From Leptonemataceae bacterium (GTDB lineage Bacteria; Spirochaetota; Leptospiria; Leptospirales; Leptonemataceae): a stretch of 64,000 bases of DNA. The notes under the pieces were generated by a model. It worked only from the letters and a program-made list of their open reading frames with translations. It was not told the DNA's origin and did not search any database. Of the stretch, positions 49,169 to 59,141 are shown in pieces (position 1 is the first letter of the stretch; every line of letters begins with the position of its first letter). The stretch is from NCBI GenBank assembly GCA_965227295.1, contig OZ245742.1, positions 2,432,001-2,496,000 of the forward strand, given 5' to 3'. A program made the position numbers and the translations under genes.

Positions 49169-50317
49169 ATGATCATGAAAACCGCCGCTCCATCCAGACG
49201 TTACCTTCTGTATCCCATCGGGTTGCTGCTGTTCCTCTTGCTCGTCGACAAACTTGCGTTCATTCCAGGTTTGCGGGAGGCCGGTCGGGTGGACGCGGCG
49301 CCCAACGAAGTTCGCCAGGCCGTGCTCCGGCAGAGTTGTGATGAACTGGCGCTCCTGCGCAAGAACGAACCGGAGCGGAAGGTCGTCTTCGTCTTCGGCT
49401 CGTCGCGCTCGGATCCGTTTTACTTTACTGGTCCGGAAGAAATCCAGGCGTCGCCGTACCTGAGCGCTTCGGAAAAACTTCGCATGAGTGAGTACTACTT
49501 CGACGCCCGGGCCCAGGTCGACGGCGGCGATTTGTTGATGCAACTCGCACTCTTGAATACGCTCATCCAGACACAGGATTGCCGCCCGGACGTGATCTTT
49601 CTGGAAGTCTCGCCGTTCATGTTTTCCACGGCGCTCAATCGCGAACGCTGGTACGAGTACGTCTCGGATCGAGATCTCATCCGCCAGGGGCTCGCTTATC
49701 TACCGGGAGAATTACGATGGGACGGCCTTGCGCAGTTGCTGTTCGAATCGTATCGTTTGCAGTGGAAACCGGAAAAGGCGGTGGCGAACATCGTCGGCAA
49801 TCGTCACGCGAAGAGCGCCGCGGAAGAGGCCGCGCTGCTCGCCATGTTTACTCCCGTGCATCGTCGGTTGCCGCCGGACTACGTCGACTATCCGCCGCGG
49901 GCGGAGGGCATTCCCGCGGATGTCTACGCCGTGCAATTCGAAAAGTACGCGCGGTTGAACGTCGTGCTCAGCGTGTACCGCGACTTCGAGGCGAACCCGG
50001 CTTACCGTGCGCTGTTTCGGCTGATGATGATCGTGAGCCGGGAGCGCGACCTGCCGATTCTACTGTGGACGCCGAAGGTGCATCCGACGTTCGTCGAACT
50101 CGTACAGGACCACTATGACTTTGAACGTACCTACTGGCCGGAGCACTACGCCCTCATTGAAGCCGCCGGATTTCCGCACTTCGACGCCCGCCGACGAGAG
50201 TTACGCTGTGAGCGTTTTTTTGATTCTTCGCACCTGGGCAATCAGTGCGGCCTGCCGCTGGCCTATGAGATGATCGACTTCTACGAACAAAGCCGGCAAA
50301 GCCGGCAGAGTCCGTAA
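49169..50317 (+). CDS. DUF1574-like SGNH-type partner of the MBOAT protein
   Basis: N-terminal TM (LLLVDKL), FGSSRS, FFDSSH; directly downstream of MBOAT. Confidence 0.7.
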   Translation: MIMKTAAPSRRYLLYPIGLLLFLLLVDKLAFIPGLREAGRVDAAPNEVRQAVLRQSCDELALLRKNEPERKVVFVFGSSRSDPFYFTGPEEIQASPYLSASEKLRMSEYYFDARAQVDGGDLLMQLALLNTLIQTQDCRPDVIFLEVSPFMFSTALNRERWYEYVSDRDLIRQGLAYLPGELRWDGLAQLLFESYRLQWKPEKAVANIVGNRHAKSAAEEAALLAMFTPVHRRLPPDYVDYPPRAEGIPADVYAVQFEKYARLNVVLSVYRDFEANPAYRALFRLMMIVSRERDLPILLWTPKVHPTFVELVQDHYDFERTYWPEHYALIEAAGFPHFDARRRELRCERFFDSSHLGNQCGLPLAYEMIDFYEQSRQSRQSP

Positions 50318-50329
50318 GTCGCAGTTCGA

Positions 50330-51778
50330 TTACTGTAGCATCTTGAGTTCGTCCCGCAGTGCCTGTTCGTTGCGCGGCATCCAGTTGGGACCGTAGAGTT
50401 TTCGAAGCATATCGAGGGCCTCTGCGCGAGATTGCCCGGTGTTTTTTTCGTGGCGCTTCCAGAATTGATCCCACCAGTCCGGCGGCTGGACCTTGCTGCC
50501 GTCGTATTCGGTGGGACGATCCGTTTCGTCGCCGACGACCAGGCTGCCGACGTAATCTCCATCCGCGTAAACTTTCGACAATTGCTTGTTAATGTCGGCC
50601 ACGTCTTCCGCGGAGACAATGCCGTTCGACGTGGCCTTGTAGAATTGCACCGTAACCCGCACGGGGAAATTCGGATCGCGTTCGATTTCCAGGCCGTCGA
50701 TTTCCGTGAACGGCCCTTCGACGGGGCCGTGACCGATGACGGCGGCCTCGACGTCGCTTTGCATCGCACGATCGGCGCTCATGGCCATCATCGGTACGCC
50801 GTCCGCTTCCATCGTGCCGTACCCGCCGCCGGCCTTAAAACGCATGGGGTTCTTTTGTTTGAGGGGCACCTGGATCAACAGCACCATGTTCAGGCCTTCC
50901 TCGCCGGCGACTTCCACGGAGGCAGCGTCGGAATTTCCGCCGTTGGTTTTGAAATCGCTCAGGCGTTCCGCTGTAAGCGCGGCGCGTTCGCCGTCTTTGT
51001 TAAAAAAGAGGCGTTGGCCCCAGGTCGGCCCGGCCGCGAAGCCGTCGCGTTTGTTGTCGATGACGGTGACGCTCGTGCCTTCGCGCGTGGCGAGGATCGT
51101 CAGTACTGCCGGGTCGCCCTCGTAGCTCTGGTAGTTGAACAGCACGGGATTGAACACGGCCCGGCCCTGTTTCGGTACCGGGAGGAAACACGCCTGCGCG
51201 CTCACCAGCACGTGGCTGTCGCGTTCGGCCAGCAGCGATTCGCGCTGTCCTTTCCAGGAGGAGCCGTCGTGTAAGTAACGACGAATGTTACTTAAGAATT
51301 CTTTGAGGTTCACGCGTTTCAGCTCGCGGCCGTTCTGGTTGCCGACAAGGATGTGAAAACGATCCAGGCGAAGATCGGCCGTTTTATCGCTGAAGTTCGG
51401 ATGGCGAATCACCGGCATGAGGTGCAGGCCGTAGTCGTCGCGTTGCGGATCCTTGTGTTCCACCTGGATCGTCATGTCGCTGATGTTCGGCCCCACCGTG
51501 GAGCCTTTGTAGCGTCCGGTATCCTCCCAGGTGACGTTGAGAATTTGCAGTCCGTACTGTGCGGCCAGGCGCCGGGCCTCGCCGTCGCTTACCATGGCAA
51601 TGGTCCTGCGGATTGCGGCGCCGTAGTTCGCGGCTTCGCGCGCGTTCATTGCTTCGTCAGTCGGTGATGATTTGCTGTTGCCGGATGCGGCGACGGGCAG
51701 GGGATCGTGGAGATACGCGGCGCCGGCGGTGATCAGGCCGATCACGAATGCAGTGCGCAGGCTGGTGGGGGCGTTCAT
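50330..51778 (-). CDS. exported uncharacterised protein
   Basis: signal peptide; motif-like blocks TWEDTGR, GPNISDMT, SAQACFLP, FNYQS, VRVTVQFY. Confidence 0.8.
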   Translation of the reverse strand: MNAPTSLRTAFVIGLITAGAAYLHDPLPVAASGNSKSSPTDEAMNAREAANYGAAIRRTIAMVSDGEARRLAAQYGLQILNVTWEDTGRYKGSTVGPNISDMTIQVEHKDPQRDDYGLHLMPVIRHPNFSDKTADLRLDRFHILVGNQNGRELKRVNLKEFLSNIRRYLHDGSSWKGQRESLLAERDSHVLVSAQACFLPVPKQGRAVFNPVLFNYQSYEGDPAVLTILATREGTSVTVIDNKRDGFAAGPTWGQRLFFNKDGERAALTAERLSDFKTNGGNSDAASVEVAGEEGLNMVLLIQVPLKQKNPMRFKAGGGYGTMEADGVPMMAMSADRAMQSDVEAAVIGHGPVEGPFTEIDGLEIERDPNFPVRVTVQFYKATSNGIVSAEDVADINKQLSKVYADGDYVGSLVVGDETDRPTEYDGSKVQPPDWWDQFWKRHEKNTGQSRAEALDMLRKLYGPNWMPRNEQALRDELKMLQ

Positions 51779-52119
51779 GGGATGCCTCAGTAATTCGAAA
51801 AATGGTACGACCGGGTGCGGGCGCTCCGGCATTGGACGAAACGGTCCCCGCCCCGGTTCACAGTCTTCGCGCGAGATATACGCGCTTCGGTCCTCCGCTA
51901 CGCTCCGGACTCGCGGCTGCGCCGCGACCCTTCCAATCCCTGGCGCGAAGAGCTGCAAGTTCACAGGCATCACTTTTTGATAACGACGTCGTCATCCGCG
52001 ACTTTTTAGTCAGCTCCGCATCCATGTCGAATTTCCGCCGTGCCGTTCGTCGCTTTCATGAACCGGAAAGCGGACGACAGGCCGCGGCCCGGCGAATACT
52101 CAGACACAAGGAGAAACGC

Positions 52120-52551
52120 ATGAAAGTCATCGTCATGGTGAAAGCCACAAAAGAGAGCGAGGCGGGTGAAATTCCCGAGGAACAACTGCTCAGCGACATG
52201 ATGCAATACAACGAGGAACTCGTGAAGGCCGGCATCATGGTGGCCGGGGAGGGACTGCAACCCAGCGCGAAGGGCGCTCGCGTCCGCTTTGAAGGCGAAA
52301 AACGTACGGTCATCGACGGGCCGTTCGCGGAAACCAAAGAACTCGTGGCCGGTTTCTGGATCTGGCAGGTCAAGTCGATGGACGAGGCGATCGAGTGGGT
52401 GAAGCGCTGCCCGAATCCCATGATGAGCGATTCGGAAATCGAAATCCGCCCGGTCTTTGAGATAGAGGACTTCGGCGAAGAGATGACGCCGGAATTGCGC
52501 GCGAAAGAAGAAGAGCTGCGCACCAGAATCGAGAACAGCCGCGGGCAATGA
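52120..52551 (+). CDS. YciI family (DGPF) protein
   Basis: IDGPFAETKELVAGFW, EIEIRP; AAGGAG RBS. Confidence 0.95.
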   Translation: MKVIVMVKATKESEAGEIPEEQLLSDMMQYNEELVKAGIMVAGEGLQPSAKGARVRFEGEKRTVIDGPFAETKELVAGFWIWQVKSMDEAIEWVKRCPNPMMSDSEIEIRPVFEIEDFGEEMTPELRAKEEELRTRIENSRGQ

Positions 52552-53526
52552 ACCGCACACCGCAGAGCACGATCGAAACGGTGTGGCGCATGGAGGCCCC
52601 GCGTCTCATGGCGGGGCTCATGCGCATGGTGCGCGATCTGGAGCTGGCCGAGGACCTGGCGCAGGACGCCCTGGTCCGCGCGCTGGAAACGTGGCCGGCG
52701 AGCGGCGTGCCGAACAATCCCGGCGCGTGGAGAGGCGACGATTGGCCAACGCATCACACGCGCCAAACGTGCACTGGCCGAGGCCGGCGTACCCTTCGAA
52801 ACACCGCCTCCCGGGGAACGCGCGTCGCGCCTCGCTTCGGTCCTCGACGTCATCTACCTTATCTTCAACGAAGGTTACGCCGCCACCGCCGGCGATGCCT
52901 GGATGCGGCCGGCGCTCTGCGAAGACGCCCTGCGTCTCGGTCGCGTGCTGGCCGAACTGATGCCCGGCGAAACCGAGGTGCACGGTCTCGTCGCGTTGAT
53001 GGAGTTGCAGGCGTCGCGTCTGCGCACACGTTGCACGCCGGACGGTGAACCGATCCGGCTGCTTGATCAGGATCGCTCACGCTGGGACGGCCTGTTGATC
53101 CGGCGCGGCCTGGCGGCCCTGGAAAGCGCGCGCGAGACCGCAAGGCCTCTCAGCGCGTACGCCCTGCAGGCGTCCATCGCCGCGTGCCATGCGCGAGCCC
53201 GGCGCGCCGAAGATACGGAGTGGTCTCGCATCGTCGCCTTGTACGATGCGCTGTTCGGTCTCACCGGTTCGCCGGTAGTGGAACTGAACCGCGCCATGGC
53301 TGTCGCCATGGCCTTCGGTCCGGAGCAGGGGCTCGCACTGGTCGACGAATTGTACGATGAGCCGGCGCTGAAGGACTATCATCTGCTTCCGGCGGTGCGC
53401 GGCGATTTGTTGCAGAAGCTCGGCCGTTATACCGAGGCGCGCGATGAATTCGAACGCGCGGCCATGATGACGGCGAACGTACGTGAGCGGGAGCTATTGC
53501 TGAAGCGTGCCGCAGACACTGAGTAA
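52548..53526 (+). pseudogene. YciI-associated ECF sigma factor (TPR-like C-terminal extension) with internal deletion and frameshift
   Basis: region 2 ...AEDLAQDAL...PNNPGAW jumps at 52730/52731 into another frame EATIGQRITRAKR...IYLIFNEGY. Confidence 0.88.
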
Positions 53527-53539
53527 CGCGCAGTAGAAG

Positions 53540-53944
53540 TTAGTTCTCCGCCCAGTTCTCCAGTTTCAACCCCGGCACACGGTCAAACTCGCGCACGTTA
53601 TTGCTGACCAACGCCACGCCGTAGCGCATGGCCTGGGCTGCAATCTGTAGGTCGTACGGGCCGATGGTTTTGCCCTGCGCTTCGAGGTCCGCGCGCATGA
53701 GGCCGTAGGTCATGGCGTCCGTGGTGTCGAAGTCCAGGATACGAAAGGGAATGAGAAACTTCAGCAGCGCCGCACGGTTCTGCATGGGTCGGCTGCTTTT
53801 CGAGACGCCGTACTCCAGCTCCGCGACCGTAACTCCGGAGATGGCGATGGACTCGGCCTGTGCGCGACGAAACCGTGTCAGAACGTTCACGGGTTTCTCT
53901 TTGATGATGTAGATGCAGATGTTCGTATCGAGGAGATACTTCAT
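53540..53944 (-). CDS. vapC: VapC PIN-domain toxin
   Basis: YLLDTNICI, AELEYG, IGPYDLQIAAQA, NNVREF. Confidence 0.96.
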   Translation of the reverse strand: MKYLLDTNICIYIIKEKPVNVLTRFRRAQAESIAISGVTVAELEYGVSKSSRPMQNRAALLKFLIPFRILDFDTTDAMTYGLMRADLEAQGKTIGPYDLQIAAQAMRYGVALVSNNVREFDRVPGLKLENWAEN

Positions 53945-53945
53945 C

Positions 53946-54179
53946 TCAAAGCCCCGCGCGTTTTTGCGGGGCGGGCTGTTCGCGTTCGGACAGGAAGTCG
54001 TCGGAGAATTCGTCGAGGCTCTCGGCGAAGGACTTCCATTGTTTGCCCACGGGAATGAGCATGACCACGTCGTTGAGTTTTTTGATGTAGACTTCGGTCC
54101 CCTCGAAGCGGAACTCTTTAGGCAGACGGACGGCCTGGCTACGACCGTTTTCGAACAGTTTGGCGGTTTGCATGATCAT
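53946..54179 (-). CDS. vapB: VapB (AbrB/VagC-type) antitoxin
   Basis: AKLFENGRSQAVRLPKEFRF; GGAGG RBS. Confidence 0.95.
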   Translation of the reverse strand: MIMQTAKLFENGRSQAVRLPKEFRFEGTEVYIKKLNDVVMLIPVGKQWKSFAESLDEFSDDFLSEREQPAPQKRAGL

Positions 54180-54186
54180 GGCGAGC

Positions 54187-54230
54187 CTCCGGTATATACC
54201 CGAGTATATACCGGAGTGAACCCTGGTCAA
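54187..54230 (-). promoter_or_regulatory. vapBC promoter with palindromic operator
   Basis: TTGACC-N16-TATACT on minus strand; perfect IR CTCCGGTATATAC-ccga-GTATATACCGGAG over the -10, each arm containing GTATATAC. Confidence 0.85.
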
Positions 54231-54294
54231 CCCTTTTTGAGATTTTGCACGCATCGGCCTGCGTGAATGTAACAGGCCGGTCCCGGTTCCCGCC

Positions 54295-55032
54295 TCACGT
54301 TCCCGCGTGTTTCGCGCCGCCGTCTGCCGACGTAACTTTGCCGTCCGGGTAGATTCGCCGGTTCACGCAGCCGCACGCCTGAAACAGGAACTCCATGAAC
54401 CGCCAGAAGCGGATGCGATCCAGGATGGGATTCATCCACCCGCAGGAGATGCAGTAGTGCGAATCGTGGGGGGCGTTGTGGTGACGCTGGTGATGCCCGG
54501 GGTCCAGGATGAGGCCCGTACGCTGAAGGAAGCGGAGCAGGACGTTCGAGTCTTCCGGCGGGAGATGCGACCACTTGTGAACCTGGTTAGCCAGGATGCT
54601 GAACGTCGCCATGAAGATGAAGAAGATGCCGAAGGCCGGCGCGAGGATATCGCCGGCTTTGCTGAATGCCATGACGATGATCATGGGTACGAGCAGTGCG
54701 ACTCCGAGCAGGAAGGCGTTGCCGTTGGTTTCAATGAAGTCGTGGTCGCAGATGCCGCGCGGCGTGGTGTGGTGTTCGCGGAACGGCTGGATGATGGATT
54801 GGCCGAACACGGGCATGCTTTCGTCGCCGTAGGTGTCGCAGAGCCAGTGGACGAAGCCCGTGATCCAGTCACCGGCCAACCAGCCGAGGAAGAACATGGG
54901 AAACACGAGCCACAACGTTTCCGCCGCAACCAGCAGAGAAACGGACTGGTACAAAAAGAAAATGAAGAGCGGTGGGAATAAGAGAACCGCGGAGAGCTCG
55001 AGTTTGCGGTGAGCGTGGGCCATGGCGAACAC
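54295..55032 (-). CDS. CarF/TMEM189 (PEDS1/FAD4-like) lipid desaturase
   Basis: VHWLCDTYG, FREHH, HDFIETNG, QVHKWSH, HHQRHH, YCISCGWMN. Confidence 0.9.
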   Translation of the reverse strand: MFAMAHAHRKLELSAVLLFPPLFIFFLYQSVSLLVAAETLWLVFPMFFLGWLAGDWITGFVHWLCDTYGDESMPVFGQSIIQPFREHHTTPRGICDHDFIETNGNAFLLGVALLVPMIIVMAFSKAGDILAPAFGIFFIFMATFSILANQVHKWSHLPPEDSNVLLRFLQRTGLILDPGHHQRHHNAPHDSHYCISCGWMNPILDRIRFWRFMEFLFQACGCVNRRIYPDGKVTSADGGAKHAGT

Positions 55033-55188
55033 CTTGATGTGACAATAAAATTTAGATGAGAAGAAGAAATTATTACTGAATAGACGTTGGTATCACGCCC
55101 AACCATCACTGCAAGTTAAAACACCGCGGTGGGCCCGGGACACGCAAATAATTGCGCGAATTGAGATGGTTCACATTTGACCGTTCGG

Positions 55189-57357
55189 TTATTTGGACGT
55201 TAGCGACAGCGCGCCGTCCCAGTTGGCCGGCGCGCCGTTGATTTGAAAGTCCCGACAACGCCCGACAAACATTCCAGCTGTGGGATCGCCGGCGGCCGTG
55301 AGTTCACCGAAGATTCGTTCCGCCGCCGAAAAATCACCCTGGACGTAGGCGGCGAAGGCTTCTTCGTACCGAGGAGTCGCCTGCATGCGCGCGTCCCGTT
55401 CTTCCGGGGGCAGGCCGTCCAGTACCTCGTAGAGTTCCACCGGTTCCATCTTGCCTTTGACCCGCACTCGATCCAGGAAGCGCATAGAGAAAGTGTCGCT
55501 GCGGGTCATGGACATACGCACGTCGCCGGTGACCAGCAGCCCGGTGCGATAAAACTTCGTCAGCCCTTCCACCCGGGCGGCCAGGTTCACCGCGTCCGAG
55601 ATGACCGTGCCTTCCATGCGTTCGTTCTCGCCGATGGTCCCGAGCATGAGCAGGCCGCGGTGAATGCCCACGCCGATGTCGATGGCATTGTAACCGTACT
55701 TCACGCGGCCCGCGTTCCACTTCACGAGCGAGCGTTGCATGCCCACCGCGGATTCAATCGCGTCCTCCGCGCTCCGATCAAAGAGCGCCATGATCGCGTC
55801 GCCGATGTACTTGTCGATGAAGCCGTGGTTCTCGCGGATGATCGGCCCCATGCGACGCAGGTACGAGTTGATGAAGTCGAAGTTTTCCCGCGGCGACATG
55901 TTCTCCGAAAGAGTCGTGAACGAGCGGATGTCCGAAAAGAGAATCGTCATCTCCTTCTGCACCTGGTCGCCCAGTTCCACGTCCACGATGTCGTCGTGAT
56001 CCAGGAACTGCAAAAACTCGAAGGGGACGAAGCGCCGGGACGCCGCGTTGTATTTTTCCAGGCGCACGTTCAGGCGTTCCGTCTCGTTGTTCAGTCGCAC
56101 GAAACGGTTCGCCAGGATCAGCGCCATACTGATGACGAAAAACGTGAACGCGTACGTGACCAGGGTGGGCAGGTTGATGATGGCGCGGCCGGTCAGCACG
56201 TCCAGGACGATGGCCACGACGAGAATCATGACACTGATCAACATGGTCAGCGCGTCCAGATCGCCGCGGATCAATTCCCGCGCGAGCAAGAGGGCGATGG
56301 CCAGGAAGTAGAGGATCCAGCCCGGCTGGGCGACGCCGTTGAGTACGGCCTGCCAGGTGCTGGTCTCGTCGAAGATGAGAATGATCGTGATGGCGATGAG
56401 CGGCGCAACATGGGCCGCGTAACCGATGTAACTGCCGATGCGGCTGAGCCAGTCGTACCAGCGTTCGATCCGCGCCGGGGCCGGGAAGTAGTTTCGGAGA
56501 AAAAGATAGAATAACGGAAAGGTTGCGATGACCGAAATCGTTTGAATGCGTTTCCAGAAGTGCAGTTCCAGGCCGAGCTCGTACTTGAACTGCGTACGCA
56601 ATACGGAGTAGATTACGAGGCTGAACAAAAACAACGCAAAGTAGAGGTTTTCCTGCTCCTGGCGCCGGCGTACGAAGAACAGCAGAAAGTATAAACCGAA
56701 CGTTACGTAGATCATGAGCGTGAGAATTTCGCCCACATTCTCTAAGTAAAACTCACGGAACATTAGCCGTGCCGGGCCTAGTTCCGCGCGCCCGCGATAG
56801 ATGCCCAGTTCTTCGGCGAAGTAGCCGCGCACGTGAATGTGCACGACGTTCTTTCCGCCGTGCAAGAGGTTCGGCGGGAGCTCGTACAGGCGCACGGCGT
56901 CGTAGGCCTGGGGTTTCGCTGCATCCCACTCGCCCGTGGAACCAATGCGCACGCCGTTGACGAACGTCACATCACGGTCACTGATCTCGCCCAGGCGTAG
57001 CGCCGCCGGGTCCGCGGGGTGCAGCGGATCTTCCGGCAGCGTAAAAACCAGACGATACCAGATCGTTTGTTTTGCGCCGGGTTCGACGCCCTGAGCGATG
57101 AGTTCTCCCGGTGTCGTGACCGTTTGCCACTCACCGTCGGCCGCGTCGTTGTCGAGGACGGCGGCGGCGTCCGTCCGCGGATCGATGCTGCTGCTGGTAA
57201 CCTGCCACTGTGTGTCCTGGAGGTCGTTGCTGTTCAACGAGACGATGCCGTTGTCCTCGATTTGGCCGCCGCACGATGCGAGCACGACGAACAACGCCGG
57301 CGAAGCAAAAAGCGCGGCCAGGCGAGACCGGCGTAGATGGAATGTAAAGCAACGCAT
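55189..57357 (-). CDS. class III adenylate/guanylate cyclase with extracytoplasmic sugar-binding-like domain and 7TM region
   Basis: LGEISDRDVTFVNG jelly-roll-like block, multiple TM, FSDIRSFT, DKYIGDAIM, DAVNLAARVE. Confidence 0.93.
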   Translation of the reverse strand: MRCFTFHLRRSRLAALFASPALFVVLASCGGQIEDNGIVSLNSNDLQDTQWQVTSSSIDPRTDAAAVLDNDAADGEWQTVTTPGELIAQGVEPGAKQTIWYRLVFTLPEDPLHPADPAALRLGEISDRDVTFVNGVRIGSTGEWDAAKPQAYDAVRLYELPPNLLHGGKNVVHIHVRGYFAEELGIYRGRAELGPARLMFREFYLENVGEILTLMIYVTFGLYFLLFFVRRRQEQENLYFALFLFSLVIYSVLRTQFKYELGLELHFWKRIQTISVIATFPLFYLFLRNYFPAPARIERWYDWLSRIGSYIGYAAHVAPLIAITIILIFDETSTWQAVLNGVAQPGWILYFLAIALLLARELIRGDLDALTMLISVMILVVAIVLDVLTGRAIINLPTLVTYAFTFFVISMALILANRFVRLNNETERLNVRLEKYNAASRRFVPFEFLQFLDHDDIVDVELGDQVQKEMTILFSDIRSFTTLSENMSPRENFDFINSYLRRMGPIIRENHGFIDKYIGDAIMALFDRSAEDAIESAVGMQRSLVKWNAGRVKYGYNAIDIGVGIHRGLLMLGTIGENERMEGTVISDAVNLAARVEGLTKFYRTGLLVTGDVRMSMTRSDTFSMRFLDRVRVKGKMEPVELYEVLDGLPPEERDARMQATPRYEEAFAAYVQGDFSAAERIFGELTAAGDPTAGMFVGRCRDFQINGAPANWDGALSLTSK

Positions 57358-57371
57358 CGTAGTTCCTGCAA

Positions 57372-58271
57372 CTATTCCAGGCGGCGGCCCAGGCCTTCGA
57401 AAAAATCCACGGTCGCCGCGGTGACCGCGTCTTCTTTGTCCAGGTTCAGGACAATGTCGGCGTGATCATAGCCGTCGATTTCCACATACTTGCACCGGGG
57501 CTGTGCGGCCTGGCGTCGGCCCTGATCGAGGATGAAGTCGTAGTCCAGCGAGCCGGCAACGACGAGCATGGGCGGGCTGCTGCGGCCGCGCAGTTGGGCC
57601 GGTGAGTAGGCCTGCCGGGCCTCCGCATTCTCACCGAAGACGGCGTCGACCTGCACGTGATCGAAGTCCGGCGGATCGCGCCGGGCCAGGTCGTTGATGT
57701 CCAGGATCGGTGAGAGGGCCGCAATCCCGCGTACGTTCAGTTGTTGATCGAGGCCTGTCAGAGCGGCCAGGTGCCCGCCGGCGCTGTGGCCCATCATATG
57801 AAAGCGTTCCGGATCGCCGCCGTAGGCGTGGGCGTGCTTGCTTAACCACTGCGCGGCAGAAGTTACGTCTTCGATCTGACCGTCGATCCGCGTTTCCGGA
57901 AAGAGGCGGTACGATGTGACGGCCGTGACATAGCCGCGTTGGGCGAAGGCGTAACCGATGTTCCAGTACAGCCCCGTGAGTGGACGATAGTAGCGCCGGT
58001 CCTGGTTTTTCCAGAAACCGCCGTGAACGAAGAGGATGATCGGGCGCAGGTTTTCCGGGGACGCATTCCGGGGGACGAAGAGATCCAGGCGGTGCTTCGG
58101 GTGGCTGCTGCCTGCGACGTAGATGAGATCGCTGTAGGTTTCGACGACGTCCGCGAGGCGCCAGGGCTGGGTGAGCGCACAACCGGCGCAGAAGAGCATG
58201 CCGGCAAAACCCGCGATCATGCGGGCGGCGCGGCGTAGAGACGACGGGTTCACTGACAGAAACTTACGCAC
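57372..58271 (-). CDS. alpha/beta hydrolase (carboxylesterase-like lipoprotein)
   Basis: FVHGGFW, GGDPERF, GHSAGGHL. Confidence 0.92.
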   Translation of the reverse strand: MRKFLSVNPSSLRRAARMIAGFAGMLFCAGCALTQPWRLADVVETYSDLIYVAGSSHPKHRLDLFVPRNASPENLRPIILFVHGGFWKNQDRRYYRPLTGLYWNIGYAFAQRGYVTAVTSYRLFPETRIDGQIEDVTSAAQWLSKHAHAYGGDPERFHMMGHSAGGHLAALTGLDQQLNVRGIAALSPILDINDLARRDPPDFDHVQVDAVFGENAEARQAYSPAQLRGRSSPPMLVVAGSLDYDFILDQGRRQAAQPRCKYVEIDGYDHADIVLNLDKEDAVTAATVDFFEGLGRRLE

Positions 58272-58320
58272 CGGAACGATTTGTGCAACAGCTTTTTCGG
58301 CGATGCGGTCTGTGTACGAC

Positions 58321-59130
58321 TCAGCGAATCTTACGAAAGTCGCCGTCGAAGTACGCCCGCGCTCCGCGATAGTACTCGCAGCCCGTCGCTTTCACGGACA
58401 CCGTGGGGCGGCGGGAAGCGAACGCAAATTCAATGCGACAGCACGGAGATTCGCTGTCGCCGGCGGGTCGCACGTCGCCGGCGCACTCCGATCTTTCCGC
58501 GTAGACGGCTTTCTGCCCGCCGGCCGGCACGTCGATCACGCCGCCGATCTCACCGATGTGATGCGTCGGTCCCCGAACGACTTCCAGTTTGAATAAGAGC
58601 CGGCGCTCGGTTTTTTCGTCTTTTTCAAGATGCAGCGTGCCGCCGAAGGAATCGGCATAGGTTCCGGAAATGCCGGGAGAAACACCTTCACCGCCGAAAG
58701 CCCGGCGCAGGTACTCGCTGCGGGAGACGGTGTAATCGTGCAGGCAGTCGTAGTAGCTCGCTTCGTACTCCAGGCGTTGTTTGCGTTGGGCGGCGTTCTC
58801 CGTGCTGTTCTCTGTTTTCGGCGGCGAGTAGTTGTGAGTCATCTCGGCCTGGAAGCCGCACTGGTACTCTTTGTAGCGAATCCAGTTGCGAGAATCGTCG
58901 CGCATCTCTTTCGTTAGGCCGTCGTCCAGGGAGGCCTTGAGTTTTTTATAAACGGCATTGAGTTCCCGGTCGGCGGATTCATAGCGCTTTTGGTAACAGG
59001 AAGCGCGAGCGGATAGGCCCGCGATGTCCTTGCAGGTGTCCGTGTCCTGCGGAGTGACACTGCCCGGGGCTGCCAGCAACAGCGGAGCCGACAACAGTGT
59101 GAAGATCAAGATGCGATAACGATCATGCAT
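58321..59130 (-). CDS. LprI/DUF1311 (lysozyme-inhibitor-like) domain protein
   Basis: signal peptide; C...ADRELNAVYKKL...SRNWIRYKEYQC...CL. Confidence 0.8.
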   Translation of the reverse strand: MHDRYRILIFTLLSAPLLLAAPGSVTPQDTDTCKDIAGLSARASCYQKRYESADRELNAVYKKLKASLDDGLTKEMRDDSRNWIRYKEYQCGFQAEMTHNYSPPKTENSTENAAQRKQRLEYEASYYDCLHDYTVSRSEYLRRAFGGEGVSPGISGTYADSFGGTLHLEKDEKTERRLLFKLEVVRGPTHHIGEIGGVIDVPAGGQKAVYAERSECAGDVRPAGDSESPCCRIEFAFASRRPTVSVKATGCEYYRGARAYFDGDFRKIR

Positions 59131-59141
59131 GGCGCAGGCAA

